Source: Cyanophora paradoxa CCMP329 (taxonomy: Eukaryota; Plantae; Glaucophyta). From it: a stretch of DNA of 64,000 nucleotides. Each line of letters starts with the position of its first letter. Within the stretch, counting starts at the first letter, position 1. Positions 1 to 13,118 of the stretch are shown in pieces. The stretch lies in the NCBI GenBank assembly GCA_004431415.1, contig QPMI01000270.1:1-64000 (forward strand). The letters run 5' to 3'. Both the position numbers and the translations under genes were made by a program. The notes beneath the pieces were generated by a model. The model had not been told where the DNA came from. It searched no databases and saw only the letters and a program-made list of their open reading frames with translations.

Positions 1-1909
1 GCGCCCCGCACGAGAGCAGCGCGTGCACCCGCGCCGCCGCCGCCGCCGCCGCCGGCAGGAGCAGCGAGGCGGCTGTGGCGGCGGCGGCGGCGAGGAGGGC
101 GGCGGCGGCGCGGAGGCGGGCGGCCTCGAGGCGGGCGGCGTCGGGGCGGGGCGGGGCGGCGGCCTCGCAGCCGAAGGCGGCGCAGAGGAGGCGGAGGGGG
201 CGGGAGGGGCCGGCAGCAGCTCCGCGTGCGCCTCGGAGAGCATCAGCGCCGCCTCCGCCGCCACCCGCCCCGCACAACCCGCCCCGCACTGCGCGCGCCG
301 GCCTCACGGGGGCGCGGGGCGGGGCGGGGGCCGGGGTGGGCGCACGGGGCCGGGGCGGGCGGCGAGGCGCTGGCGGAGGGCCTCCACGCGGTCCTCGAGC
401 TCGCAGACGGCGACGGCGCCCGCCTCGGCGGCCGGCGGCCCGCCGGCGAGCAGCGCGGCGCACGCGGCGTCGGCCTTGCGCCAGAGGGCGGCCGCCTCGG
501 CCTCGGGGGCCCCGCGCGGGCCCCGGCGAGCCGCCGCCCTCCTCCGAGGCGGAGGCGGAGGCGGAGGCGGAGGCGGAGGCGGAGGCGGCCTCCTCGGGAC
601 GCTGAAGAGCACGCGCCGCACCGCCGCCCGCCCCGCCGCCCGCCCGCCCCGCCCGCCCCGCACCCCGCTGCCGCCTCCCCCGCCTCCGGCCGGCTCTTCG
701 CGTCGGCGGCGGAGCGGGCGACAGCGGCGAGCTGCGGGGGCGTGAGAGGGGGCGTGAGGGGGGACGGGGGCGGGGCGGGGCGGACAAGGTCGTAGAAGGA
801 GAGGAGGAGGGCGAGCAGCAGCGTCGCCGGGAAGCTCGCCGCCGCCAGCAGCAACCCGCCCCGCCCGCCCCGCCCCGCCCCGCCCACCGCAACCCCCTCC
901 TGCCCCGCTCCCGGCCCCGCCCCCGCCTCTGCTGACGCGCGCGGCGGCGAAAGGGTCGTGGAGGGGGCGGGCTCCGGAGATGGGGCGGCAGAGGAGGCGG
1001 CGGGGGCCGGGGAGGGGAGGGGGGACGGGGGCGGGGAGGAGCGGGCGGATCGGATGTCGATGGGCCCGTCTACGCTGGAGCGCTCGGAGCTGAGAGCGCG
1101 GATGAGCGCCGGGGGCAGCGGCGACGAGGCCGCGCTGCTCCCCGCCCACCCACCCTCCGCGCTCTCAGCCAGCGAGCCCCGCCGCGCGCCCCGCTGCTGC
1201 CCCGCCGCCTCCTCCGCCGGCAGCGGGTCCGACAAAGTGCGCTCCGTGCGGTGCGGGCGGGGCGGCGGCTCGGGGCAGGGAGGCGCGGAGCTGGCGCGGC
1301 GCAGGGCCTCCCTCTCGCGCTCGACGAGGACGTCGATGGGGACGAGGAACATCTGCAGCGGCAGAGACGAGGCCAGCTCCTTGCGCGCCAGCGCCGCGTC
1401 CAGGAACTGCTGCAACCGCGCCTTGCGCTTCTCCACAAACGCGCAGTCGAGGTTCCCGAATGACTGCCCGGTTTCGACTCGGTATCGACTCGAGCGCGAG
1501 GCGCCCATCGGACGCTCGGAATCACCTTTTTGGGCGGCAGAGGGATGGAGGGAGGGGATACGCGCAGGAGCGCGGCCTGGAGGCCCTCGAACTCCCGAAA
1601 TCTGTGCGAAACTGTCGTGACGACTCGCCTCCCGCTTTCCGCGTTCCAGGTCACTAAGGAACGACAACATCAGCGTTTCGAGGCGCTGTCAGCGCTTGCC
1701 GAGGCGCCTACGCGGCGCCTGGCGCCTCTAAAACGCGCCGCGTCACTGGCACCGCAAATCCAAACCGCGGCAACAGAAAAGGGCTATGGGGGCTCATCGA
1801 GGTGAGCGAATAAGAGCCAAAAACCTTCAATATCGTATTGGACGTGTGCTCCGAGAGTCCCGACGAGGCGCGCGCCCAGGACCTCGGCCTTCCAGATCCG
1901 CATTGTCAT
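1..1909 (-). CDS. PX (Phox) domain protein with a downstream hydrophobic segment and helical C-terminal part; multi-exon, 3' end beyond the window start
   Basis: Exons 1909-1825, 1653-1526 and 1463-> joined by GT-AG introns give MTMRIWKAEVLGARLVGTLGAHVQYDIEVTW...SHRFREFEGLQAALLRVSPPSIPLPPKKSFGNLDCAFVEKRKARLQQFLDAAL, matching PX motifs RF.EF, PxLPPK and R...LQ.FL; later hydrophobic stretch LLLAAASFPATLLLALLLSFY. Confidence 0.75.
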
Positions 1910-2055
1910 GGCGCGCGCCAGGCTGCCGCGCTGCTTGGTGCGTGCCCAGCGCGCGCGCGGCGCCTCTCCGCGCGTTCGCTGGCGAGAAATTTGCTCACGC
2001 GCAGGGTACACGAGTGAATAGGCGACGAGACTCATCGCGGTCGCGCGGGCGTGGC

Positions 2056-5000
2056 ATGCGGGCACCGACGGCGCAGTACGCGCCGGTGCCTGACCAGGAT
2101 GACGAGGACACTACCGGCCCGCTCGCGCTAGAGTTGGAAGACGCCGATGACGTCGCCCCGCGAGCGATTCCGCCGGCCAAGGCGTCGGACGCTGATGCTA
2201 GGCCGATCCCGTGGCGACGCGTCGTCCTTGCATACACAATCGTTGGTGCGCGCGGCCGGCCGAGCGCTCCGAGCGCCGCGCCGAGCATCCGCGCTCGCGC
2301 CGCTCTGGTCTATTAGTAGAGAGCAGACGGACGACGCTTCGGGGGCGGCGGGCGCGGGCGCGGGGGACGGGCGGCTGAGGAGGCGGGCGCGCGTGCGCAG
2401 GGCTGGACGCGCTGGGCCTGATGTTCGTGACGCCCTTCCTGCCGTCGCTGGCGCGCGAGGCGTTTCAATTCAGCGAGGCGTCCGTCGGCACCGCCGTCGG
2501 CCTGATGCAGGGCGCCTTCAATTTAGCCAACTTCTCGTCGAGCTTCTACCTGGGGCACCTCTCGGACCTGCACGGGCGGCGGCCCCTCATCCTTCTCGGC
2601 CTTGCTGCTGCCACCCTGAGCGTCGTCTCCTTCGGCTTCAGCACCGCCTTCTGGTGCGCCGGCCGGCCTGCGCCCCGGGGCGGCGGGGCGGGGCCGAGGG
2701 CGGGGCGGGGTGCAGGCAGGCGATGGTGAACCGGCTGCTGGTGGGGGCGCTGGACAGCAACAACGCGGTGGTGAAGGCGCACCTGACGGACCTCGTCCCC
2801 ACGCGGGACCGCGCCCGCGTCTTCGCCTACTTCGGCAGCACCTTCGCCCTCTCCAGGGCCTTCGCCTCCGCCTTCAGCGCGCCCCGCCCCGCCCCCCGCC
2901 CTGCCCCGCCGGTGTGCGGCCCCTGAGGCGCCGCCGCGGCACGCAGGCGGAGTGCTCACCGGCATCCACCTGCCGGCGCTGGCGCGGTACCCGTACGCGC
3001 TGCCGGGCCTCGTCGGCTGCCTCCCCCTCGCCCTCCTCCTCGTCTACTGCGCCCTCGCCCTCCCGGAGTCGAACCCGCGCGCCCTCGGCCGCCCCGCCGC
3101 CGGCCCCGCGGGGGCGGCCCCTCGCGCGAGGCAGCCGTCGCTGCTGGAGGGGATGCGCCTCGTCGCGGCCGACGCGCTGCTGCGGCGCCTCTTCCTCATC
3201 AACGCCCTCCACAACTTCGCGTCCGCCGCCCCCCGCCGCCTCCTCGCCCGCCGCCCCCCCGCGTGCCGACCGGCCTGCGGCAGGAACGGAGGGTTGCTGG
3301 TTGCCCTCGTGCTATTCCCAACCCTCAAGCGCTCCAGCGGTGGCCTCGGCTTCTCCACCCTCGAAGTCGGCCTCTCCTACTTCTGGTTCGGCATATCCGG
3401 TCCGCCCCGCCGGCCCGCCGTCCCGTGTCGCCCCGCTGGCGGGCCCTCGCGAGCTTCGGGTGCCGCCCGGGGCAGGGTTCGCGTTCCAGGTGGCGTGCTT
3501 CGAGCGCTGCCAGCGGCGGTACGGCATCCGGGCCCTCTACCTCGCCGGCCTCGCCCTCTTCGTCGTCGCCTCCCTCGGCATCTCCACCGCCGCCCTCCCC
3601 GCCGCCCGCCCCCACGACGCCCCGCTCCCCCCGCCCGCCCGCGCCGCCACCTGGGTGCGCCGCCAGCCTGCGCGGGCTTGGCGGGGCGGGGGGCGAGGGG
3701 CGGGGGGCGGGGCAGGCGGTGCTGCTCTTCTGGAACGCGCTGCTGGCGGTCTCCTTCATGGCCGGCCTCCCCGTCCTCTCCACTATGCTCGCCAACGCCG
3801 CCCGCCGCGAGATCCAGGGCCTCACCCAGGGCCTTGCCCAGTCCTTCGCATCCCTCCTCAGGGCCTTCGGGCCCGCCGCCTCTGGTCTCGCCTTCTCTCT
3901 GTTGTGTTCTGTATTCCGAGAATAATATATATATATATATTGCGTATGCTTGTAAGCCTTGCCCAAGTACACATCCGTCTGGCCCATCGTCCTTCGCTCG
4001 AGCTTCCTACTTATGATCTGGATTACTTTGACTCTAGTACTACCTGATTGTCTACTGTTGTACCGTCCTTTGACTCCATCACCATCCCTTCATGGCTACG
4101 TATACGTCTCGATACATAACTACTAGTCTACCACTACGAATACGGCTAGCCTGCGCCACTGCCCCTTTCTCTTCGACACCGGGAGTACAGGCTGTACAGC
4201 AGCTGGAGTACCTTCGTCGATCTCCTACTAGCTTCCGGGCGACCTGACGTCATTCTGTTTACTTGAATTCGAACGACCGGGAAACGTGCACGATCGATCT
4301 GATCATGTGATGCGACGTTCCAGTTTTCGAGCCTATTCAGGAAGCATTTATGATTTCCTTGCTGATTTAGTTTTTCTCTGTTCGGAGCCGAATATTTAAC
4401 AGTAAGTCTTACGGAATCTGCCCCAGTCAGGTGGCCCTCCCGATTGCGGAGTCGGAGCTTGCAAACTTCAAGCGGCGTTCATGCGGCAGCGGCAGCTGCA
4501 GTCTGGACTTGCCGTTGATCGCGGCTGACTGGATCGGCGCTACTGGGTGCGGGCTGGCTAGCAGTGTACTCGTGGCTACTGTATATTCTTGCCGTAACCG
4601 TACGCTGTTATGATGCCCGTACTTTTGCGCTGAGCCGCGGGCCTCGGCAGGTTCGAGGCTGCGAGACTCAAGCTGTACTGTGAAGCTGCCGCTGTATATG
4701 TATATACACACGGCCTATATGCTATGCAAATGGCAGGCTTAGGGAGCGTCGTCTCTGCGGGGCTGAGTCTGTCTTGGGACCTCAAGGCTCTCGCCTTTAG
4801 CGTCTTAAGGCTGTACGACGGCACCTGCTTTAGCTAGTTACGCTAGCTAGAGTTGCTGCGCGTATCGCCCTCGCTTGGTACGAACTTGCCGCGTTTTCCG
4901 GGCTTAACTACTTGCGCAGATCTATACGCGTAAGTTCAACCCGTGGTCACGACATCTCTTGCAGTCCGCGCCGGCCACCCCTTCCTACAGTTCCTCTTCC

Positions 5001-5333
5001 TCACCTCCATCTTCATGGCGCGCCCCGCCTTCCCGCCCGCCCGGGCCCCCCTGACGCCGGCGGCAGGTCTGCCTCGTGCTCGCCCTCGGCATCCCCCGCG
5101 ACATCGAGCAGCCGCGCGAGGCGCGCCGGGGGCCGCGCCCTCGTGTGGGCCGGGGGCCTGACGGGGGCGCGGGCGCAGCTGTGGGAGGCGGCGGAGGCCC
5201 TCGAGCTCACCAAGGCCTCCCCGGCCCCCTCCCCCGCGCCCCCCGCCTGAGCCCCGCTCCCCGCCCCCTCCCGCCCCGTCCACCCTCATCCACCAGCACG
5301 TCACCGAGCACCTTCCCCCACCACGCGGATTGA
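2056..5333 (+). CDS. Major facilitator superfamily transporter (ZIFL/tetracycline-antiporter-like), interrupted near its C-terminus by a 1055-bp insertion
   Basis: Spliced product has MFS motif A (LGHLSDLHGRRPLILLG), many TM helices and QGLTQGLAQSFASLLRAFGPAASG. The frame continues after the insertion as AFSLAVRAGHPFLQFLFLTSIFM|VCLVLALGIPRDIEQP. The exact stop position is uncertain. Confidence 0.85.
3900..4954. mobile_element. Solo-LTR-like insertion (TG...CA termini, 4-bp TSD TCTC)
   Basis: Begins TGTTGTG (3900) and ends CACGACA (4954), an imperfect inverted pair. TCTC lies at 3896-3899 and 4955-4958. It is clearly AT-richer than the flanks, and removing it plus one TSD restores gcc ttc tct ctt gca gtc cgc in the MFS frame. 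Confidence 0.8.
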
Positions 5334-5414
5334 ATACGACCAATACCGAATACGTTACGCGAAGCGAATACCGTCAGAATACTGCTTGGGAGCCGGCTGG
5401 ACCTGTGGCTCGGG

Positions 5415-7197
5415 CTAGCCGGCGGGCGGGTCGGGCTCGAGGCGGGCGAGGAGGGCGGCGAGCTGCTGGCGCGCCCGCGCCGAGTCGGCCCCGGCCCCCG
5501 ACGCGGGGTACTCCTCCTGCGCCTCCAGCCGCTGCGGGGCGCCTCAGCGGGCGGGGCGCGGGCGGGCGGGCGGGCGCGCCCTGAGGAGCTCCCCGCGACG
5601 GCGTCCGAGTCCCGCGCGTACGCCGCCGCGCTCTGCCGGCCCCTCGCCCCGCCCGCCCCACAGCGCCCCGCCGGGCGCGCGGCGCACCTCGCGGCGGGTG
5701 GCGGAGGGGGGCGGTGGGGCGGGCGGGGCCCGGGGCGCTCGGGGCGTGCCGGGGCGGAGCTTCCTGGAGAGGGCGGCGATGACGGACCAGGCGCGGTTGA
5801 GGGCGCGCGTGTAGAGGTCGAGCTCGCCCTCCAGGCCCCGCACCAGGCCCCGCAGCGCCTCCGACTCGGCCCGCCACCGCTCCACCTGCCCGCCAGCGCC
5901 CCGCCTGCTCCTCCACCGCCGCCCCCGCCGCCTCCCGCGCCCGCTCCCACGCCCGCGCCTCCACCGCCGCCGCCACGTCCCCGCCACTTCCGCCCGCAGC
6001 CGCGCGCCGAGCTCCTCCCGCAGCTCGCCCCGCAGCTGCGCCGCCAGCGCGTCCCGGTGCTCCCGAAGGTCGACTGCACGGCCGCCCCGACGGCGCGGGC
6101 GTGCAGCGCCGCGAACTCGCCGTCCCCGCGCCCGAGGAACGCGCCGACGGCCGCGGGGAGGGCCGTCGCGAGGGCCCCCTCGAGGGCCCCCGCCAGGCGC
6201 TCCTCGAGGTGCCTCTGCACGGCCTCCTCCACGCGCCTCCCGAACGCCCCCGACTCCAGGTACCCCCGCAGCGAGCCCTGCGCACCCTCAGCCGCACGCT
6301 CGCCGGCGGGGCGGGGCGGGGCGGGGCGGGCGGGCCTCGAGGCGCTGGTGGTTCTCGGCGGCGGCGTGGCGGAGGCGCTGGTGCAGGGCGCCGCCCTCGC
6401 GCAGGCGCCCCTCCAGCGCCGCCTCCACGCTCGGCTCCAGCGTCGCGTCCACGTAGCGCTTCACCAGCGGGCCCACCCGCGAGTCGGCTCTGATGCAGAG
6501 CTCAGCGACCCTCGCGGGGAGGGGCCCCGGCGCACATCTCTTTTGCCCGGCCGTCGACGGCGCGCGCGAGGACCCCCTCGAGGCAGGACTCGATGCCCTT
6601 GTGGACGGCGGCGGCGGCTTTGCGGTCGATCGCTTTCTCGAGGTTGCTCGAGAAGAGGAGCGCGCGGTCCATCGCGAGCGACTCAGGGTGGCCCGCCGTC
6701 ATACGCGCCACCATCGCCCCGTCCGAGGCCGACCGGTTCATCGAGAGCACCTCCGCCACCCCCCCGCCGCTCCGCGGTTGCCCTCGCAGTGCCTCCTGCA
6801 GGTACCGCATGTGACCGCCTTTGCTGCTGCTCGCGCCGCTGTTCGGCCGGGAGCCCTTGGCGGACGCGCCCCGCGGCGGGAATCCAGCGCTTGACAGCCC
6901 GCTCAGCTGCAAGTCCAGCGCTCTCCGCTCCGCCGCATCGTTGCGCAGCAGGTCGCTGAACTCCTTCATGAGGTTGGGCGGCTTTTGCGCTGTTTGCAAT
7001 TGGCAGAACTTGCATCGAAGTTGGGCGCCTTCCACGACGTGTTCGCGCGCATGCTCTAGGCGGTGCTTTGTGTGCCGACCCCCTGGCCAGTCCTCCTCGG
7101 CGGGGTCTCTGGCCGGGCTGGTGGCGCGCACGGGGCTGCTACCGCTTGGCCACGCCAGCGCCGCTGTCGACGAGGTGACGTCGACCGGCGCTGTCAT
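5415..7197 (-). CDS. Hypothetical coiled-coil protein (multi-exon)
   Basis: 231-aa first exon from ATG 7197; downstream exons are Ala/Glu/Arg-rich helical (VERWRAESEALRGLVRGLEGELDLYTRALNRAWSVIAALSRKL); last exon ends ...ARLEPDPPAG* at 5415. No family recognised. Confidence 0.6.
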
Positions 7198-7604
7198 CGA
7201 GTGGCTTCAGCGGTAGCCGGCGTCAAATTAAAATGGCTTGAAAATGCACTTGAGGGGGTACGAAGTCAAAAGTCGCCTTCCAGCCAAAAGCTCAGCTAGC
7301 TTTCAATCGCCGTCCCTTCCGGCACTTCCTATCGCTTCGGCGACCTTAGCTCGGCGTTTTGAGCCCGCAAGCGTGCCTTCTCACCGCAGCAAACTCGCCT
7401 CCGATTTCATCGAGATTTCAGCCGCCGCACCTTCCGGACATCCTGAAAAGCTTAGCTAGAGCTTTTCGTACTATCGCGGCGCCTCCCCGTGCCGCTTCGA
7501 CCGGCTACGTATATCTGCCGCGGGCTGCCAACTGTCGACCGTTTCCGAAGGGCTCTCTCATTTCTGCGAAGCCACTGAATTAAAGCACTCCTTGTAACGA
7601 CGGC

Positions 7605-7864
7605 ATGTCTTTCCCTGCGCCTCAGTACAAGCGCCCGAATTCCCAGTTCCGGCCGCCGCCTCCGGGCCCCACACGGTACTACGATGTGAAGGTGCGCCTA
7701 GTTTGGTTTTGGTTATCGCCCAATTGTAGGCTGAGCCCCGGGGGCAGGCTGGCGTGTACCGAGACTCGGATGGGGTGGACCTGTACGCGGACCCCGACCA
7801 GCGCGCCGAAAAGGACCTCTCCCTCGCCACGCCCGGCTACGCAGGTCCCCGCCCCGCCGCCCCG

Positions 7865-7906
<42 letters not shown>

Positions 7907-8466
7907 CGCCCTCACGCCCCGCGCCCCCTCCCGCAGGCTACCGGCCCTTCCGCACGGACCACATCGGCATCAGCGCGGGGCGGGCGATCGAGGCGGGGTT
8001 CGCGGCGCAGCGGAGCCCGCGGAAGGAGGAAGGGCAGCCGATGCCGGCGTACTACGCCGAGCTGCGGCGCGTGGAACCCGAGGTGCGCACTGCGGCAGGA
8101 GCGCCGGACTTGCTCCAGTGCGCTCACAGGAGTCTAGAGCACGCTGACGACCGCGCGCAGGATGTCGCCGTCGTGGTCAACCGCCAGCGGCCCAGCCGGA
8201 GCCGGGTGCTGGCGCCGCCGCCGCCCCCGAAGGTGGTCACCGGCTACAGCGGCTACATCAGCGGCCTTTGGGACCCCGCCTGCGTCGGCAAGGTCCGCCC
8301 CCCCCGCCCCCGCCCGCATCCCCTCAGGGGTCCTCGTGCCCGTCGATGACCGGCCCCGCAGCCGTACTACAAGCTCGCACACACGCGGCTCGGGCAGGCG
8401 CCGGGGCCCGCGGCGTGGGTGCCCCCGCCTCCAGGGGCCGCCCCCGCACAAGGCCCGTACTCCTAG
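7605..8466 (+). CDS. Small PGYxGY-repeat protein, FAM166/CIMIP-like ciliary microtubule inner protein
   Basis: Spliced product contains ATPGYAGYRPF and VVTGYSGYISG...VGKPY, the repeat type seen in FAM166-like microtubule inner proteins. Family assignment rests on motif only. Confidence 0.5.
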
Positions 8467-8751
8467 CTTAGGAGCACGCTTCCGCGTCCAGATTTGATGC
8501 GATGTGCTCCTTGTAGAATGTCGCGATCGCACTGTGGCGAGTCACTGACGACAGCTCCGCTGATCCCCCAGCTCTCCAGTATGCGCTGCCCAGCCCCTCC
8601 AGATCCGCAAGGCCCCCTTCCCCTCCCGGGTCTCCGGCGGCTTTGAAAAGCTTCGAGTTGGGAAGGTCGTTCCGAGTTGGATTCACTGCAGCTGGGAGCG
8701 CCGGAGCGGCTGCTCGTGCCGCGGGGAGGGGGCGGGGCGGGGCGCGGGGGC

Positions 8752-11700
8752 CTAGGAGTCGCGGAGGGAGGCGAAGTTGGCGATGGCCTTGCAGACGGCC
8801 TCCAGCTCGGCCTCCGAGGCCGCCAGCCGCGCCGCGTCCGCCTCCCGCACGTTCGCCGGCACCTTGTCGTACTGCGGCCCCGCCGCCCGCTTCCGCGCGG
8901 TGTCGATGCTCTTGTTCAGCGTCTCCTTCTTCTTCTCGAGGGCCTTGATCTCCTTCTCGAAGTCGACCATGCCCTTGAGCACGAGGTGCAGCTCGCACGT
9001 CTCGTTCACCGGCCGCATGCCGCACCCCTTGGGCACCTCCGCCTGCGCCCGCCCCGCCTCAGGCCCGGCGGGCGGGGCGGGGCGGGGCGGGGCGGGGCGG
9101 CACGTCGGAGGGGACGGGGGTGAACTCGCCGGCCTGCACGAGCGTCCGGACCGCCAGCGCCTCCTCCGCCGCCAGCTGCGCCCCGCTCAGGCGGCGTCGC
9201 CCGGGGCCGGGGCGGGGCGGGGCGGGCCTGGAGGACGGCGGGGGAGCGGGCGGTGAAGAAGAAGGTGGGGCGGAGCTGCGGGGCAAGCCCGTAGGCGGTG
9301 CGCATGGAGCGGGCCTCCTTGGCGACGTCGAGCAGCAGCTTCATCCGCTCCTCCGCCTGCCCGTCCGCCCACGCCGCGACCCCGCGCGGGTACGCGGCCA
9401 CGCAGATGGACTCCCAGTGCTCGTCGGGGCGGCGGGGCAGGCGCTGCCAGAGCTCCTCGGAGACGAAGGGCATGAAGGGGCTGAGGAGGCGGAGGCCGGC
9501 GTCGAGGCAGGTGTAGAGGACGTTGCGGGTGACGCGCTTGCGCTCCCGGTTCTCCTCGCTCGAGTCGTCCAGCGCCATCGCCGGCTTCGAGAGCTCCAGG
9601 TACACGTCGCAGAAGTCGTAGAGCCAGAAGTTGTAGATCTCCGTCGTCACGATCGCGAACTCGAACGCCGCGAAGCTCGCGTTCGCCTTCTCCACCGCCG
9701 CGTTCAGCCGGTGCAGGATCCAGCGCTCCGCCAGCCGCATCCCCGCCCCCGCCATCTGCCGCCCCGCCCCCCGCTCGCCCGGGGCCGGGGCGAGGGGGCG
9801 GGGCGGGGGCGGGGGCGGGGGCGGGCACGGTGGCGACGGGGTCGGGCTTGAAGGCGGCCCCGAGGTGGTTCATCGCGTACTTGGTCGCGTTCCAGATCTG
9901 CCCGCCCCGCCCCGTCACCCACAGCCCCGGCGGGTCGCGGGGGGCGGGGGGCGGGGCGGGCCTTGTTGCAGAACTGGCGGTAGCCGACGACGCGGTTGAC
10001 GTCGAGGTTGATGTCGCGCCCCTGGAGCGTGTACGCGCAGAGGGCGAACCGCAGGGCGTCGGTGCCGCACTCGGCGATGCCCTCGGGGTAGTCGGCCTTC
10101 TGGCCCTGGATGGCCTTCTCGACCTCGCGGGGGTCGAGGTTGCCCTCCTTGAGCTTGTCGTGGAGGGCGGGGAGGGAGATGCCCTCGATGACGTCCACGG
10201 GGTCCACCACGTTCCCCAGCGACTTGGTCATCTTCCGCCCGTACTTGTCCCGCACCATCGCGTGCAGGTACACCTGCGCCCCCCGCCCCGCCTCGCCCCC
10301 GGCCAGGAGGAGGGGCGGGGCGGGGGGCGCTCGCCTGGGAGAAGGGGACCTGGCCGGTGAGCTTGATGCCCATCATGACCATGCGGGCGACCCAGAAGAA
10401 GAGGATGTCGTGCCCCGTCTCCAGCAGCGACGTCGGGTAGAACGCCTTGAAGTCTGCCCCCGCGGCCCCCTGCCCCGTCAGCGCGCTCCCGGGGGTCGCC
10501 GGGGGCGGGAAGGGCCCCCCACCGGCGCAGTTGGTGTCGGGCCAGCCCATGGTGGAGAAGGGGAAGAGGCCCGAGGAGTACCACGTGTCCAGCACGTCCT
10601 CGTCCTGCACCATCGTGATCTTCCGCCCTGCCTCCCCGTCAGCCCCGCCCCGCCCCGCCGCTCCCGGGGCCCCCACCAGGGAACTTCTGCGCGGCAGCGG
10701 CGGCGGCCTCGGCCTCGGTCTGGTGGGAGAACCAGCGGCTGGGGTCCTGCGGGGGGTGAGCGGGGGCGTGGGGGAGCGGGGCGGGGCGGGGCGTGGGGGC
10801 GGGCCTCCTCGAGGGGGATGGTGGCCGGCTCGCCGTCGAGGGTCGCGTAGTAGGCGGGGATGCGGTGGCCCCACCACAGCTGCCGCGAGATGCACCAGTC
10901 TGCCCGCCCCCGCCCCCCCGCTCCCCCTCAGCCCCACCCCGCCGGGGCGCGGGGGGCGGGGAAGGGGCGGGGACCGCGGATGTTCTCGAGCCAGCGGAAC
11001 CAGGTGTCGCGCTGGAACTCGGGGACGATCTCGAGCTTGCCCTCCTTTGTGGCGTTGATTGCCGCCTCGGCGAGGGGCTTGCAGTTCATCCACCACTGCG
11101 GCTTCAGCATCGGCTCGATGATGTCCCCCGACCGCGTGCACGTCCCCAGCCGCTGCCCCGGGTTGGGCGTCTTGCCCCGCAGCAGCTTCAGCTCCTCCAG
11201 CCGCTTCTCGCACGCCTCGCGCGCGTCGAAGCGCATCATGCCCTGCCACCCCGTCGGGCCGCGCAGGGCACGGGTGGGCGGGGCGGGGTGGGCGGGGGCG
11301 GACCTTGAACTCGCCGGCGTTGTCGTTCATGGCGCCGTCGTCCGTGAAGACGGTGATCATCGGCAGGCCGTGCTTCTTCCCCGTCACGTAGTCGTTCGGG
11401 TCGTGCGCCGGCGTCACCTTCACAGCGCCTGCCCCCCGCCGCCCCCGCCCCGCTCGCCGCCCCGCCCCGCCGCCTTGCGCCGAGGGCCCCGGCGGGGGGC
11501 GGCGGCGGACCAGTGCCGAAGGACATGTCGACGAGCTCGGCGTCGGTGATGATGGGGATCTTGCGCGCCACGAACGGGTGCACGAGCATCTTCCCGTGCA
11601 GGTGCTGCGCCGGCATCGGCCCCCGCCCGGCGCGGCCCAGGCGGCGCTGCGGGGCGGGCGGGCCTTGTAGCGGGAGTCATCGGGGTGGACGGCGACGGCC

Positions 11701-12923
11701 GTGTCCCCGAGCATCGTCTCCAGCCGCGTCGTCGCCACGACGATCTCGTCGTCTGCGCGCCGGCGCGTCGGCGGGGCGGGCGGGGGCGGGGCGGGGTGCG
11801 GGGGCGGGCACCGGAGCCGTCGACCTTGTAGGCGAACTCGGTGAGGTAGCCGAACTCGTAGGTCTTCTGGTGGCCGGGGACGCGCATCCGCTGCGGCTTG
11901 TCCAGCTGGATGTACTCGACCTCGAGGTCCGAGATGGCCGACTTGAGCGCGCAGTCCCAGTTCACGAGCCGCTTCTCCCGGTAGATGAGGCCCTCCTCGA
12001 AGAGGCGCACGAACGAGACCCGCACGGCCCGCGACAGTTGCTGCCCCCGCCCTCAGCCCCCGCCCCGCCCCGGCGCGCAGCGCGGCGCGGGCGCACGTCG
12101 TCCATGGTGAAGTGCTCGCGGGTCCAGTCGAGGGAGGAGCCCATGCGGCGCAGCTGCGTGCAGATGCGGTTCCCGTACTGCTCCTTCCACTTCCACACCT
12201 CCGCCACGAACGCGTCCCGCCCCAGGTCGTGCCGCGTGATGTTCCGGTCGCGCTTCAGCTTCTTCTCCACCACCACCTGCGCCCCGCCCCCTCGCACGCG
12301 CCCCCGCGCAGCCCGCCCCGCGCAGCGCTCGCCTGCGTCGCGATGCCGGCGTGGTCGGTGCCGGGCAGCCAGAGGCACTCGTAGCCGCTCATGCGCCGCC
12401 TGAGCCGCCCCCACGTCGGCGCCGGCCGCGCGGCGCGGGCGCGGGAGGCGGCCGGGGCGCACCAGCGCGTGATGGCGTCTTGGATGGAGTTCGTGAGCGC
12501 GTGGCCCAGGTGCAGCGAGCCCGTGACGTTGGGCGGCGGGATCACGATCACGTACTTTGGCTTCGGTGAGTTGGGATCTGCCGTGAAGAAGCCCTTCTTC
12601 ACCCACCACTCGTACCACGCCGCCTCGACGGCCTTCGGGTTGTACGTGGGGAGCAGAGGCTCGTTCATGTCTGCGCCGCCGTATCAGCCGGCGGTCGCGG
12701 GTCGAATGCGCCGCGCAGCCTGGGGCCGCGAGCGCCGCTGGCTGGCGCGGCGCTATCGCGCGCGGCTGGTGGAGAGGCGGTCGAGGAGTCGAGGCGCACC
12801 CTTCTTCTCGCCGGCCGGGGTCTTGTTTTCATACTCGGTAATCTTCAGAGCCGCCTCCTTGGCCGGCTTCTTCTCCTTCTTCGCCTTGTCCGCCGGCGGC
12901 GCGGCTTCCTTCGCGTCGGCCAT
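8752..12923 (-). CDS. VARS: Valyl-tRNA synthetase (cytosolic type), many introns
   Basis: [16 protein letters not shown] (HIGH), [83 protein letters not shown]-terminal coiled coil. Confidence 0.97.
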
Positions 12924-13118
12924 ATCTGACGAACGAGCTCTTTGAAACGAACCGAACGAAGGCTTCTGAGCGACGACGAATCAGGTCCGCCGGGGTAGAC
13001 GCGCGAGCCAAGCGACCGCGTACCCGGCCTCGGAACATCCCAGGTCATCCCTGCTTCAAGGCTGATTGGAGGCTGCGTCGGCCAACTCTCGTCACACGGC
13101 AGTGGGCATCGCGCGGTG

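Noticed and set aside
7865-7905. Long poly-C/poly-G runs (also ~17121, 22516, 49885) read as poly-Pro or poly-Gly coding
   Set aside because: They lie mostly in introns or non-coding DNA, and homopolymer lengths are unreliable in assemblies.
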